In this document: one piece after another, positions 14,041 through 27,475 of the stretch
How the letters are laid out: each line of letters opens with the position of its first letter
How positions within the stretch are numbered: the first letter of the stretch is position 1
Origin: Camelus dromedarius
Lineage: Eukaryota
Length of the DNA stretch: 64,000 nucleotides
NCBI RefSeq assembly: GCF_036321535.1
Contig: NC_087437.1
Location: forward strand, 33,978,001-34,042,000
Direction of reading: 5' to 3'
Program-made: the position numbers and the translations under genes
Notes under the pieces: model-generated
Database searches by the model: none
Seen by the model: the letters and a program-made list of their open reading frames with translations, nothing else
What the model was told of the DNA's origin: nothing

Positions 14041-16009
14041 GCTGGCAAAGGGGCAGAGCTGGGATTGAAACATATATTTGACTCCCAAACCGAGATGTCT
14101 CTCACGCATACCATCTCCGTATAGGGTAGTCAATGTGATAAAGGTATGCACTTGCCGCAGTGGTGGCCCAAAGAAAGGATTATACTTCGTTTGAGTAGGT
14201 CAAAAGAAAAGCATCTTCAGCTGGATCTTGAAAAATGATTAATCCTCCTGGATTTGCCAGGAGGCTGTGGAAGAAGGCCTTCCAGGTAGAGGGACCAGCA
14301 CACGGAAACTATGGGCACGTGGAAGAGAAGCAGCACTGGGGACCATTTGGCTGTGCAGCAGTGTTTCTCCAGGGTTATGCTGCATCAGATATATATTACA
14401 AGCACTGGATATGCAGAATCTGGGCCTCTCCTGGGCACAATGAATCACAGTCACTGAGGTTGGAGCCTGGAAATCTGCATTTTAAATGAAGCAAACCATA
14501 TGCATCTATGAGGACTAAAGTTTGGTTAACCACAGGCAAAGATGTGGGAGGAAAATACCTCATAGAGGGTCTTCCTTGTCCTCTGAGGGGTTTGCACTCA
14601 GGTAGAGCCACCACAGGTCAGATTTGGATTTTCAGAAAGATCCCTCTGAACACAGTGTAGAGGAGGAAGGAGAGGGGCGTGCAGGGGGATGGCGTCCGTG
14701 CGGTGGGAGTGCATTCAAGCAGCGGGTAATGATTCTAAGCAAAAACATTCCTGGACTAAGACAGAGGGTAGCAGCAGAAGTCAGGGGGCAGAAAGAGAAG
14801 CCATGTAAAGCATGGTGAGTCACCAGACCGTAGTGAGAGGTGGTCTGTATGTGTGGGGACGAGTTGGGGAGGAAGTGGGGGCGGTCAGAGAGCATTCTGG
14901 GTCGTTGGGTTGGCACAAAGTGACTGGTTGAAATCCAGCGAGTCAACTACTTCTTGCGAAGGAGACTTGCCAGAGTTGAGTGGTCATGCACTCATCCTCC
15001 CCAGATTCCCCGGAGGAAAGCAGAGATGTAAACAGAGCAATGACACCTGGAGGTCACAGTGGGGAGAAAGCCATCTGCATAACTGCGGTCCTCCCTCTGT
15101 GTGACACGTGTAGGTACCGATAACCAGAGTAAAGGAGATTCGGGATAGAAGTTGCAATACAAAGAGTTGAGAGTCATTGTACTAAAGCAAAGTGCTGATC
15201 CAGAGAGTATTTCCACAAAGAAGCCTTACACGGATCATGGAAAGTGACGTAACAAGCACTCGGACAGAGTACCAAGGCCATGAAATCATGAAAGGGAGCT
15301 AAACACCAAAACCATGCACTGGGTGTCAGGGAGGGAGATGACTGGAACTGTCTGGACAAGCACCACAGTATTTTTCTTCCAGATGATGTCATTTAGTTAG
15401 AACAAGGACTTACACGACCAACGACTCAATTTCCATTTTTCATGATTAACTGGCTTCTCCTGTTGTGTCTGGTGTTTGGATTTCTGCTGCTCAGGAGATC
15501 CACATCTACTTGTTCAACCTTAAACGCTTCAAAATTATTAACCTGAAGGGCTATTTTCTTAATTCCTCTAAATCTTGATTGGAAGCAAATGTACCACCCA
15601 TTTCTGCAGCATGGAATTGATAAGGTCGTAAGGTCGCTGCATGCTTTTGACCCTATATATTTATTTTGCCCCTATTGGTGACAATATCCGGCATGTCATT
15701 GTAAAACTTGATTTTATTAGATGTCCTTAAATTTCTCTTAAGATAAAATGTAGAACTCTTACTACTACTTATTCCTTAAGACTTTCCTTTATATTCTTCT
15801 GATGGATTTTTCTCTTCCACTGTTACCTTAAAAGAAATTAAGCATTATTTCAATTTTGTGAAGCTTCTTATTGTAGGCAACATGTTTGTAAGATACAAAT
15901 TAGTATTAAGATGTTGTTAGACTAATTCTGTGCTACAGTTTTCTGAAAAATGTAAAACTAACTATTAGAAAGTGTAATTTATATATTACACAAACTAGAA
16001 AGTTGGTAT

Positions 16010-16210
16010 GGCATCAAGCAAGTTTTGGAGGTAGCTGGGCTGGCTCTAATCCTTTCTATCCCTTCTAGCTGTGTGACCTTGAACAAATTACTTGACATCT
16101 CTGTGAGTTGACTTCTACATCTATGAAATGGGGGTATTAATAGTACCTGACTTCAGGGTTGTTAGAGGGTTAATTTGTGATGTGTGTACCTGACCCATAA
16201 TTAGTGTGTT
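16010..16210 (+). mobile_element. MIR SINE
   Basis: CTAGCTGTGTGACCTTGAACAAATTACTTGACATCTCTGTG...CATCTATGAAATGGGGGTATTAATAGTACCT core. Confidence 0.75.
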
Positions 16211-16394
16211 ATTTTTCTTTATCATCGTCATCATTTACTCCATTTTCATAACAGTTGAACAGGACTTATTTTTCCAGGGGCCTAGTGCAGTCTTTTATAC
16301 CTGATTGGCTCTTAACAAATGAACAAATCTGAACTTTTGAATTAGAATGATCGTGAGCTAAAACAGAAAGTGATTTAAAGATCCTTTCCTTTGA

Positions 16395-16553
16395 GGGGTA
16401 GGATATATCTCAAGTGCTAGAGCATGTGCTTAGCATGCACAAGGTCCTAGGTTCAATACCCAGTTCCCCTCTAAAATTAAATAGGTAAGTAAATAAACCA
16501 AATTACCTCCCCTCACCTAAAAGTAAATAACAAAAATAAAATAAATTTAAAAA
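16395..16553 (+). mobile_element. Camelid tRNA-derived SINE (Vic-1-like), long form
   Basis: GGGGTAGGATATATCTCAAGTGCTAGAGCATGTGCTTAGCATGCACAAGGTCCTAGGTTCAATACCCAG (A/B boxes), AATTACCTCCCC tail and A-rich end. Degenerate TSD (atcctttcctttga/atccattccttga). Confidence 0.88.
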
Positions 16554-17408
16554 AATCCATTCCTTGACTTTGTGAGCCTTTTGTGTTTAATGATAGTCAC
16601 AGAGCTTCTGGAATTTTCCGTTTAGTTTCCACTCATGGCCTCATACACGCAATGAGAAAGGTTGGGTAATAGAGGGAGACGCTGGGCAGGGCAATCATTT
16701 GACCTACATTCCTTCACTCTTTAATAAAAAGGCTTTATTCGCAGTCTTGAGTAACAGCAAACATTCCATCTCCTCCGGCATGCCTTCTTGCTGAGGTAAC
16801 AGATGCGAGCCAAGCCCGTGGAGGGCACTCAGGCACACGTGTGCTGCCCAGGCTGCTCTCCTGGAAAAAGCAGACCAGGTGCCACCCCACGGCGCAGCAC
16901 CGGGGAAGCAGGCTCGGGTCCGCTGACTCTGAACCCTCACCCTGGGCCAGTGACTTAGCCTCTCTGAGGCTCAGCTTTCTCACCCTCGAGATCATGAAAA
17001 TGGAGGGTTACAGACAGCATGGCGCGAAACCTGGCACAGAAGAAAACATATTTATCCAGTGGAAGTCTCACTACCTCCTCTGTGCCAGCCTCTCCTTAAG
17101 CCAGGTGCCAGGGACACAGGTGACCAAAGTCACAAGACCAACTGCCTGACAGTGTTAACTGGCCAGCAGACAGACCGTCCTACAGAGGGGCACAGTAAGC
17201 ACAGTAAGCCCAGTGAGGGAATAAAGGGCGGCGGTGAGAGCGCATGAAGACGGAGGCTGGGACCTGATGGGTGAGTTAGGGGGTTGCCCCCCAGCCTGAT
17301 GGAGAGGGGAGGAGGGTGTGCGGGAGAGCGCTGGGCACAGAGAAGGTCAGTAAGGCTGGCCAGGGCAGGACGGATCGGCTGGGGCCTCATTAAAAAGTTT
17401 AGACTTTA

Positions 17409-17645
17409 GGCAGATCTATAGAGGAAGGAAGTATATTGATCATTGCCTAAATTTGAGGGTGGGAGGAATGGGAGTGACCACTAATGGGTTTCCTTTGAGG
17501 TTGATGAAAACATTCTACACCTAGGTTGCAGTGATAGTTGTACATCTCTGTGAATGTGCTAAAAACCATTCATTGTTCACTGTATGTGAGAAATTTGTAT
17601 GGTATGTGAATTCTATCTTAATAACGTTGTTTCTAAAAATGAAAA
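17409..17645 (+). mobile_element. Old L1M (L1MB-like) 3' end inserted in an L2 remnant
   Basis: GGAATGGGAGTGACCACTAATGGG...GATGAAAACATTCTAC...GTGAATGTGCTAAAAACCATT...GTATGGTATGTGAATTCTATCTTAATAA. Imperfect TSD tttagacttta/ttggacttta. Confidence 0.75.
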
Positions 17646-19801
17646 AAATTGGACTTTATCCGAAAAATAATGAGAAACCTATAGCAGGATTTTAAGCAAA
17701 GAAGTGATACCATAGATTTGGATTCTAGAAAGACAACTCAAGGTAGAGATTGGAGCTACCCTGAGGCCTGGAGTCTAACTCAGCTGAGAGGTGTTGGAGG
17801 TCTTCTAGATGAGAGACAGCGGAGGCCTGGTCTGGCAAAGAGGAGGCTTCCAGGGAGAACAAAGTGGAGCTTTCATTCATTCACTTATCCCACACGTATT
17901 AATTCAGCATCTATTATGTGCCACGTACTGTTCTAACCGCCTAGGCTACTGTAGTGAACAAAGGCTCACGGAGTTCCACTCAGCATATAACACAAATGAA
18001 TACAAATGAAACACATGTAACACTCTGATTTTATGACCAAGTTGATGCCCCCTTCCCCGATCCCACTTTGAGAAGGGGAGGTCAAGCAGACTTGAGCAGG
18101 TGTGTCTCAGGCCAACCTCCTGGTGCCCAGGGTCAGGGCACATCTCAGACCACGAGAATGGCACACCTGTCCCAACAGCCAGTCTCTTGTTCTCCTCCAG
18201 GAGCCCCTCTTGCAGCTGTCCCTCAGTCCCTAACAGATACAGAAAAGGGGCCAGTTCAAAGCTTCTCAAAGCCAGGGTCGCAAACTCAAAAGCCTTCAGG
18301 GGTGGAGTATCATTACTGGCTTTATGTTACACAGATGGTGTCCGGTGCTAGAAGGTGAACTTTGCAATGAGTCTGCTGGGTCTGAGGAACACAGCCCTCC
18401 GTAGTCATTGCTGCCACGAGGCTACATGGCAGCGGTTCTTACGTGTGGCCTTCAATGACTGGTGGGCCTTGGGGAGCCCAGTGACAGAAGGAGAATGGAA
18501 CATGCCAGAACTTTCTTTTGTTGCCCCAGGCCCATGACCTGCAGCTGCATGGTCTTCCTTTGCACACAAGGCAGAGGTGTGTATGTGCAAACCCAGATAC
18601 CTTCAATCATATGTGCAAATTCCTATGTCTTCAGTACGGGCCGGGCCAGTCTCTAACTAAGGGAGGCCCCCCACTGGTGCAGAGAGAGTAGACTTAACCT
18701 AAGGGGACAGAGATAGGGTTGTGCATTGTGCACGGCCACCTGGGTGCTGAAATGCACATCATGGGATTTTTATGTGAAAATTCCCCTTTATTTTTAAGTC
18801 CATTTTTAAATCCATTTTTTAAAGCATTTTAAGTTTGTAATCACTTGTGGGCTGGGTTCTCCCTTTATCTTTTCCACAGCTGCCCTGCAAAACCCTCTAT
18901 TTCTGGCATCTACTTTTCTTCGCTTTTCATTCCCCCACTGAGTCCTTTAGTCCCTCAGGATGTCCGATAGTAGTAACTCAAAATTGGTCAAAATGTTGTT
19001 GCATTTATACAAAGCTATATACAAAGGTAAGTTTGTGTACACAAGGATTTTATATAGGAAAGACTTGTCAGCTGGGGACAGTGGCTGGTACAACAAGTAA
19101 GTTACAGTTGTAAATGTTTTTCTAAGGGGTGAAATTTCTGAATTCTAGTCAACTTACAAACACATATTGTAGAACACAAACATTTATAAAGAAAGAAAGT
19201 ACATGCAGATGTATTAAGTATATATTAACACGTAGTACATATGAGTACATAATATACTTTTTTTATGAATTGTCAGATACTTTTTCCTGAATCAAATGAT
19301 GAGGACTACTTAAAGTTAAAAAGAAAGAAAATCAAAATATTCTGCATGGATATTTTGTTTTCACTTTTATGGTAAGCAGTTAGGTAAACAGGTGCCTCTA
19401 CTCTGGCATTATATAGCTTTAGATTACTTTTTAAATGAAATACAAGTTTTTAGGAAGGAGCGTATGTTTTGTACCTCATTTTTGACTGAAATCTTTTTCT
19501 TTCTAAAAATCAAGGTATTTTTCCTAAAAGAACTAATCAATTTGATCAATACTACTATAGTTGTATGTATCTTACAATTTTATAAATTTCTTTTAATACA
19601 CAGTATCCTTATAATCACTTTCTCATTTTTTATTTACATCCTTAAAAACATCTCTAGGAGGTAGAAAAAACAGATTTCACTGAAATAATGAAAATAAAAG
19701 ATTTGATGCAGTGCCTGACACTTGATAATCACAAAACATGCCAACAATTGTTATTGTTACAATTAATAGTATCACCGTTGTTCTTATAAATCTGACTGGC
19801 A

Positions 19802-21315
19802 TTTTTTTTTTAATTGAAGTACAGTTGGTTACAGTGTGTCAATTTCTGGTATACAGCACAAGGTCCCAGTCATGCATTTTCATGTTCTTTTTCATTAAAG
19901 ATTATTACAAGATATTCAATATAGTTCCCTGTGCTATATAGAAAAAACTTTTTTTAAAATCTATTTTTATATATAGTGGTTAACATTTGCAAATCTCAAA
20001 CTCCCAAATTTATCCCTTCCCAGCCCCCTTTCCCTGGTAACCATAAGATTATTTACTATGTCTTCGAATCTATTTCTGTTTTGTAGAGGAGTTCATAGTA
20101 TCTTTTCTTTTTTTTAGATTCCACATATGAGTGATATCATATGGTATTTTTCTTTCTCTTTCTGGCTTATTTCACTTAGAATGACAATCTCTAGGTCATT
20201 CTATGTTGCTGCAAATGGCATTATTTTATTCTTTTTTATGGCTGAGTAGTATTCCACTGTTTAAATATGCCACAACTTCTTTATCCAGTCATCTGTCGAT
20301 GGACATTTAGGTTGCTTCCATGTCTTGGCTATTGTATATAGCACTGCTATGAACATTGGGGTTCATGTATCTTTTCGAATCAGAGTTCCCTCCAGATATA
20401 TACCCAGAAGTGGGATTGCTGGATCATAGGGTAAGTCTATTTTTAGACTTTTGAGGAATGTACATACTGTTTTCCGTAATGGCTGCACCAAGCTACATTC
20501 GCATCAGCAGTGTTGGAGCATTCCCTTTTCTCCACACCCTCTCTAGCATTTATCATTCATGGACTTTTTCTTTTCTCTTTTTTTTAATTGAAGTACAATC
20601 AGTTACAATATGTCAATTTCTGGTATAGAGCACAGTGTCCCAGTCATGTATATACATACGTATGTTCTTTTTCATATCCTCATTCATGGACTTTTGAATG
20701 ATGACCATTCTGATTGGTATAAGATGATACCTTATTGTAGTTTAGATTTGCATTTCTCTGATAATTAGTGATCTTGAACATTTTTTCGTGTGCCTATTGG
20801 CTATTTGTATGTCTTCATTGGAAAGTTGCTTGTTTAGGTCTTCTGCCCATTTTTGGATTGGGTTGTTTGGTTTTTTTGTTGTTATTGTTGTTATTAAGTT
20901 TTATGAGCTGTTTATATATTCTGGAAATTAAGCCTTTGTCAGTTATATCATTTGCAAATATTTTCTCACATTCTGTAGGTTGTCATTTTGTTTTGCTTAT
21001 GGTTTCCTTTGCTGTGCAAAAGCTTATAAGTTTAATTAGGTTCCATTTGTTTATTTTTGCTCTTATTTTTATTGCCTGGGTAGACTGCCCTAAGAGAACA
21101 TTGCTAAGATTTATGTCAAAATGTTTTCTTCTAGGAGGTTTATCAGGTCTTGTCTTATATTTAACCTTTAAGCCATTTTGAGTTTATTTTTGTGTATGGT
21201 GTGAGGGAGTGTTCTAACTTCAGTGATTTACATGCAGGTGTCCAGTTTTCCCCACACCATTTGCTGAAGAGACTGTCTTTTCTCTGTTGTATGTTCTTGC
21301 CTCCTTTGCTGATTG
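19802..21315 (-). mobile_element. 5'-truncated lineage-specific LINE-1 (3' UTR plus ORF2 C-terminus)
   Basis: Poly-T at 19802 followed by L1 3' UTR. Minus-strand ORF 21161-21346 gives [21 protein letters not shown]...[13 protein letters not shown], an L1 ORF2p motif. It contains a nested L1 3' end. Confidence 0.93.
20569..20679 (-). mobile_element. Short L1 3'-end copy nested in the host L1
   Basis: Repeats the host's 3' terminus (TTTTTTAATTGAAGTACA...GTCAATTTCTGGTATA..GCACA..GTCCCAGTCATG). Flanked by a perfect 16-bp TSD TCATTCATGGACTTTT at 20553-20568 and 20680-20695. Confidence 0.9.
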
Positions 21316-22097
21316 ACAGTTGAAGAAACTGAGTCTTAAGTAACAAGTCCCAAGAGGGTTATAGACACAGTTCTACTGACCTAAACTCCATAGACTTTCA
21401 TTTATAACAAATAAAAAACTAAAGAACAAACAAAAAGAAGCCTTTGTTATTACAGTACCATTTATATGCTTGGCACATTGCACATATTAGCTCATTTGAT
21501 TTTTTTTTTTTTTTTTTTTGCAAATACTGTACGAGATTTCAATTTATAGTTAAAGAAACTGGAGCTAATAAGGGGTTAAATCACTTACCAATGTCACAAG
21601 TTAAGTGGCAAATCCAGAAAGTGCTCCTATGTCTGAAGCCAAGACCCCTGACCATCTTCTGGAGCCCACTGTCTCCTACTACATTGTGTCTAATTGATGC
21701 TTAGAGAAGTAACAAGTATTTTATTTTTAACTGATAGTAAGCATTTGAGAGCTTTTTGTCACCAAGAAAATAGTCTTCATTTCATAAAATTGTCAGCTAA
21801 AGTAGGAGAAAGCAGTCATCTTGAATAGATAGGGTTTTCTGTAAAATAAACAAGAAGGTTTTGTTCTTGGTTTAAAATAAAAATCTCTATTTCTTTCCAT
21901 GTCTGGGAGGTGACCTTTCTGATGTTACACCGTGGATAGAATTCATTCTGTGGGATGTGAGTGGGATTTGGGGAGTATGGTGGAAATGACTGATGAATCT
22001 ATACCCATTTGTAAGCAGCCTGTCTAGTTAAAAACAATACCATTTTGATATCACAGATGAATGGAGAAAATATAAACAATGGTTATAGGAAAATATC

Positions 22098-22591
22098 TGT
22101 TCAGGTTAAGTTTAGCAATGAGTGACCAAAAAACACCCAAAATGCCAGTACCTCAAATCAGGTAGATTTTTATTTCCCGTGCATATAAAAGAAGTGTGGG
22201 TGTCAGAATCTAAGGAGGTTCAAGGTGACTGAAGGTTATTTTCTGTTTTGCTGCTCCGTCATCCAGTTCATGGCTTTCTGCCTCCTGGTCCAGCTGGCTG
22301 CTTAAGCACTTACTATCATGTTGTAATCTGGCCAGTGGAAAAGAGGAAGGGCACATGTCCCTTCCTTTAAGGACACTTTCCAGAAGTCACATATGACACC
22401 TTTGCTTAGATCCATTTAGCCAGAATGTAGTCACATGGTTGTGAAGTCACACACATGGTTGTGAAATCACACACTTGGTTGCAAGGGAGGCTGGAAGATG
22501 TAGTCTTATCCTGGGCGTGGGGGAGTCGGGGGTATGCTATCAATAAGGAAGAGAGAGAACAGGTATTGGGGAGACTAGTAAAGTGTGCCAC
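22098..22591 (-). mobile_element. Old MaLR LTR (MLT1J/K-like)
   Basis: CCTTTAAGGACACTTTCCAGAAGTCACA...CCATTTAGCCAGAATGTAGTCACATGG...GCAAGGGAGGCTGGAAGATGTAGTCTT; ends TGCCACA. Confidence 0.7.
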
Positions 22592-24697
22592 AGAAAGGAT
22601 GGCAAGGCGATATAGAGAAAAACTGACTCCGATCCAGCCTCTAGGCTAGAATACATTATGTTCCTTTTGCCTTAGGACAGGAATTCTGGGGCAGATGTGC
22701 AGGTGTGGGTCTTAAACTTTTACTCTTTGAGTGAATGATAGAAATCTATTTAGGAGCCCATGTCTTTAAAAAAAAATCAAAGATGACAATAATCTTTTTT
22801 TAGTAGTTGTTCCTTTGCACACTGCTTCACCACAAATAAGACCTGCCTGAGGAATTACATCATTGATGAATCACTATCTCCAAACCTGCAGTAACTATCT
22901 GAAGCCCTTGACTTGACTTCCATTTCAAAGTCTGTGCTTCCTGATGCAGATACAGACTGTGCCTAAGGGACACGTATTTCCAGGTCCTTGACAACTGCTC
23001 TCATCAGTACACGTACACTCAGGGAATCTTATCTTGGATGGGAAGTAAATACAGTCGTTCCTCTATATGCACTGGGAATTGGTACCGCGGCAGATGCAGA
23101 CCCCGTGGATGCAGAGAGCCAATGTGAATACACTGGGCAGAATGTTTAGGGAGCTGGCTGCTTTTCTGCTTTTTTGTCAGAGAGCCATCTTCTCTCAAGG
23201 AATATTGAAACAGTAATCCTAGCAACTATTCTTTTAGTGCCAAACCCATTACATGTTACTACATTTAAACTTCAGAGCAACTCTGAAAGGTAGGCTTTAT
23301 TCATTCTCAGTTTACAGACATAGCGGCTCAAATGTCTTTGTGATGTGTCATGTCACATAACTAGGAAGGGGCATTACTGAGATTTGAACTTGGGTTTGAT
23401 GGACGCCAAAATCTATATGCTTTATCACCGTAGCCTCTCACCTTTAAAAAAAAATGCAAGGAAGAACAAGGACCCCTTTGATGTTTCTTTTTGAATAACA
23501 TTCTAAGGAAAGCAGGGAGGTAGGGTCAAATTTTCCTGATCCCTGGAGTTGTGTTAGGGCTCCCTCAGCCCTTTCAGTGGAACTGTAGGATATGCCCCTG
23601 TTTCAGAACTGTGAGATGCAGACTGCTTAGCCCTGAGCAGGTGAGGAAGTCAGTAGCAAAGACCTGGAGCTCTGTTCTGTCCCCAGTTTTTTGCTTTTCA
23701 GACGCCTGCTTTCACCACTGTGTTCTTTTTTTCTTCATCTTATAGCTGTCTGTCCACACCTGGTGGTTGTCAGATGACTGTCTATACTGCAGGGCTTTGG
23801 GTTCCTTCATCCTCATCCAAGGAGAGAGAGACTTACAGAAGCTCTCCCAGAAGATCTTGGAAACTACTTTCCCTGTCATCCTCAGCAAATTTCTTCTCAA
23901 TCTCTGTTGGCCTGCATAGGGTCACATGTTTATTCCTGAACCAGAACTGTGGAGTGGGGGTGGGGTAATGCAAATTAACTTAGGCGGAGCCACAAATCCA
24001 GCTCCCAGATCCACTTCCCCCAGCACCTGGACTTTGGAAGGGCAGCTGAGGGTAGCCAAATAAAAGTTAACGTTGTTACTTAAAGACTAGGAGGGGGGTT
24101 CAGGAAAGCATCCACAGCGTCTCTCCCTGTTGTGAGAATCAGCCCCTACCCACCCCTACCTAGCAGCACCCCAGGAACTGGGGCTCTTGGCTTGATTCAC
24201 CACTTTTGGAAGGCTGCTGACCCCTAGTGTTTGGAGTAGTACATTGGAGGGAGAATCCAGAGATTTGGGTTAATCTTTGAAATGAGAATCACAGTAGCTG
24301 TGCCACCCTTTCGCACACACTGAAGAGTGTGAGCAAAATGAAACTTCTAGAAGTGCCTTAATGAATATGTGAGTTTAGTTAGAAACCTTCCAAAGACCCT
24401 TCGAGACCCTGTACACAGGCCTTCCCTGACCTGGCCGAGCAGCACCCTCAGACCACTCTCTGTAACCCTTGTCACGCCTGTAAATAGTAATCCAAGGCAG
24501 GTCTCCCTCGAGAGATGACAGCTGTGCTCTCTGAGGGCGGATCTGGTTCCAGAGCACCCAGCAGCGATGCTTGGTGAACACTTGTGTGAGGAAACGAAGA
24601 ACTCAGATGTCGCTCGGCCCTCCTGTCCCCTTCCCTAGCCACTACTTTCACTTTTCAAAATCCGATAGATCAGCCTAATTGTACTCACAATAACAAG

Positions 24698-24781
<84 letters not shown>
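24698..24781. repeat. Compound microsatellite (GATA)11(AATA)10
   Basis: Perfect GATA units at 24698-24741, then AATA units at 24742-24781. Confidence 0.98.
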
Positions 24782-24782
<1 letters not shown>

Positions 24783-25631
24783 AGCAACCAATTGTGTTTG
24801 GAATATGTACATGTAAGTGTGAAAATATTCCAACAACCCAAAACACATACTTTGTGATGTGGAACGGCCACTGCCTGGTAGCATGGCAGAGAAGGCACTG
24901 ATGTACAGGGTAACTTCTGTGTGCCTCGGCAAGGACCCCTGCTGTGAGCGCTCCGCCGAGCTGTAGGGGAAGCTGTGTTCAATGGGGCGCCCTTCTTTGG
25001 TCTGTGCATTTGGGGTAACAGGACTTTTCTTGTGTGCCATGCTTTGGGGTAAGGGCGGAGAGGAAAGGCAACAGGGTGGTAGTTACAATATAGGATGGCT
25101 CTCAAGAAAACAGAGTAAGGTTTTGGTTTTGTTTTCCTTCTAATTGACTTCTAACTCAAGGGTAAATATGGCAGCTCTCTGGATGAGAGAAATTTTGCAC
25201 AAACCTGTGAGTAGAAATGAATTGTCACTGTCGGTGGAGGGCACCTAAGGACAGCCAGGATTTCTCAATCTGAGGTCGGTCAGGGAGAGCGTTCTGGGAC
25301 GTGGTGGCAGCCACAGCTGGAGAAGCCCAGCAGCTGTTGGGTTTTGGCAGCCAGCTGCTGCACACCAAAGGGAGCTGTGCTGGTTCAGTTTAGGGCTCCC
25401 TCCTGATACGTGGCCTGCAAGATCTCCTCCGGGAGCGGAGTCACACACCATCTTTCTCTTCCTCTTTTCACAGGGAGAAGCAAAATGGGAAAATGGGTCA
25501 TGGGAATGGGAAAAAAATTAAGTCACTGATACAGAGTGACTGGAAAAACCAAACTATATCATTGTGTCCTGAAGTATTCTATCAGTTTTGCTAGCCTGCT
25601 CTTATCTTTTAATTAAGTAAAAGAAATGCTG

Positions 25632-25710
25632 GGGACTGGATAGAGTGCCTGCTTAGCATGCATGAGGTCCTGGGTTCAATCCCCAGTGCCTCCATGTAAA
25701 AAAAAAAAAT
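25632..25710 (+). mobile_element. Camelid tRNA-derived SINE, short form with degraded 5' end
   Basis: TAGAGTGCCTGCTTAGCATGCATGAGGTCCTGGGTTCAATCCCCAGTGCCTCC plus poly-A. TSD GAAATGCTG at 25623-25631 and 25714-25722. Confidence 0.88.
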
Positions 25711-27084
25711 AGGGAAATGCTGTTTTTGTCAAGACTATCATCATTAATACAATTTGGTATTTTGGAGAGAATGCAAATACATACTAAATATTCTAGTGTT
25801 AAGCTGACAAATTTTACAATTCTGCTTTGGATTCATTCTTCTCTTTTGAGATGTGTAGTGTTCTTACAGAAATACAAATTTTGTTCAGTCAGTGCTTAAG
25901 TGACTTTTAAAAAGCCACTAAAGCTGCAAACTGATCCCATTCAGCCAGTTTGAACAGCCTCCTATTTTAAGCTGTATTTGTGCTTCAGGGAGAAGGTGAC
26001 GGATGAGGGTCCGTGTTGCTGTTGTCAAACTGATGTGTGAATAAAGGGCAGGGAACAGATGACCTGGGGTTCGTGCCAGCAGACCCACCTGCACACCTGC
26101 TTTCACGAGCACCTTTTTTTTTTTTAATGTGCTAAGTACATAAATGTAGTTGGTGTGTTTTTCTAAGTGCTCTCTCTGATTCTGTAGAAGCCACATTCCT
26201 AATCCTATTAGGAAGGGTACAACGCTTTAGGTATAAAAATAGAAGTATTTTTAGAAATTTGTTCTCCACAGGTGAACTTTTATCTTTAGTGTGTTTTCTT
26301 TGGTTTTGCTTTTTGGGTTTTTTTTTCTGTGTCTGTGTGTGTGTGTTTTGTTTAGGTTTTTTTGCTCTCTGCTCCCATTATAATTGTGTGTGTGTGTGTT
26401 GAATAGATGATATCTCATTAGGAATTCTCTTGAGATAAATTTTCAGCCTGAGAAATATGGGGAAACCATGGCTGAAGAACTCTGAGACAGCTGTTTAACT
26501 TTGGCAAGAAAAAGACTGAGACTTACTCTTCTGTGCTGAGCGCACGTGAGGCCCTGTTGTGCACCGTACGGCAGCGTGACCTGCGGAGGGGGGAGGCTTA
26601 TACACCTGCCGCCTTAGCAAGTCCTCCCGGTGGCCCTGTGAAGCAGGAATTATCATTGTGCTTGTACAGGTGAAGAAATTGAGGCTTAGATGAGTTCCGG
26701 GATTTGCCTAGGGCAGAGAGACTAAAGGATGTGGCCAAGTTTTGAATCCAAACATTTCCAGTCTCGAGGATCCTATTCCTTCTACTAGTCCAAGTGGCTC
26801 AGCTCTCATGTTTTTGTCTTAGAAATAAAAGTAGGAATAACAATGAATATTTGTCAGCTGTAGGGTTTCCCAGCAGAGTAACAGGCAGCTTCTCTGGAAC
26901 CCTTGTGTTTTCACTGAGGACTTGATTGCTTTTGTTTGATTTGATTTGGATAAGAAACCAGTAAAAAGTGGACTTGGGATCACCTGGATCACCCCTTTAC
27001 AGCTGAGTACCACTCTATTATGTAAGCAGTGCTGGCTCTATTTGTCTTCCCATGGACCCCAACAAGTAATTTCTCCACCCGAGA

Positions 27085-27460
27085 GATGGTTAGCTTCTTT
27101 CCCCAGTATCCACGCTTCCTTCCTTCCTTACTGACAGGACCCTGGTTTGACAATACTCCTACGTTTCCCAGCCTTCCTTGAAATTAAGAATGTTCCCGTG
27201 ACACTGTTCTAGCCAATAATATGTGAGAGTTACTGGGTGCGGCTTCCCAGAAAGGTCCTTAAAGGTGGCTGACACGGCAGGCCTTTTACAGTCTGTTCTT
27301 TTCCCTCTTCTAGCTTGGATGGAGGTCAGGTTATGACCAGCAGGGCAAGAACACATGTTAGGGACAGCTGAAGGTGGGGAACGTCTGGGTCTCTAATGAC
27401 TACAGACAACACCATAACAGCTCTGCACTTGGCTGTCTACAGACACCTCCTTAAATGGGA
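27085..27460 (+). mobile_element. Old MaLR LTR remnant (MLT1-like)
   Basis: TTTCCCAGCCTTCCTTG...GTGACACTGTTCTAGCCAATAATATGTGAG...GCTTCCCAGAAAGGTCCTTAAAGG motifs. Confidence 0.55.
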
Positions 27461-27475
27461 ACAATAGCGCCCAAA

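Noticed and set aside
20768..21181. 137-aa hydrophobic, membrane-protein-like ORF
   Set aside because: It is the antisense frame of L1 ORF2; T-richness produces the Leu/Phe bias.
24635..25105. Longest ORF (156 aa) with YLFI/YLSI repeats
   Set aside because: The repeats are the translation of the (GATA)n(AATA)n microsatellite.
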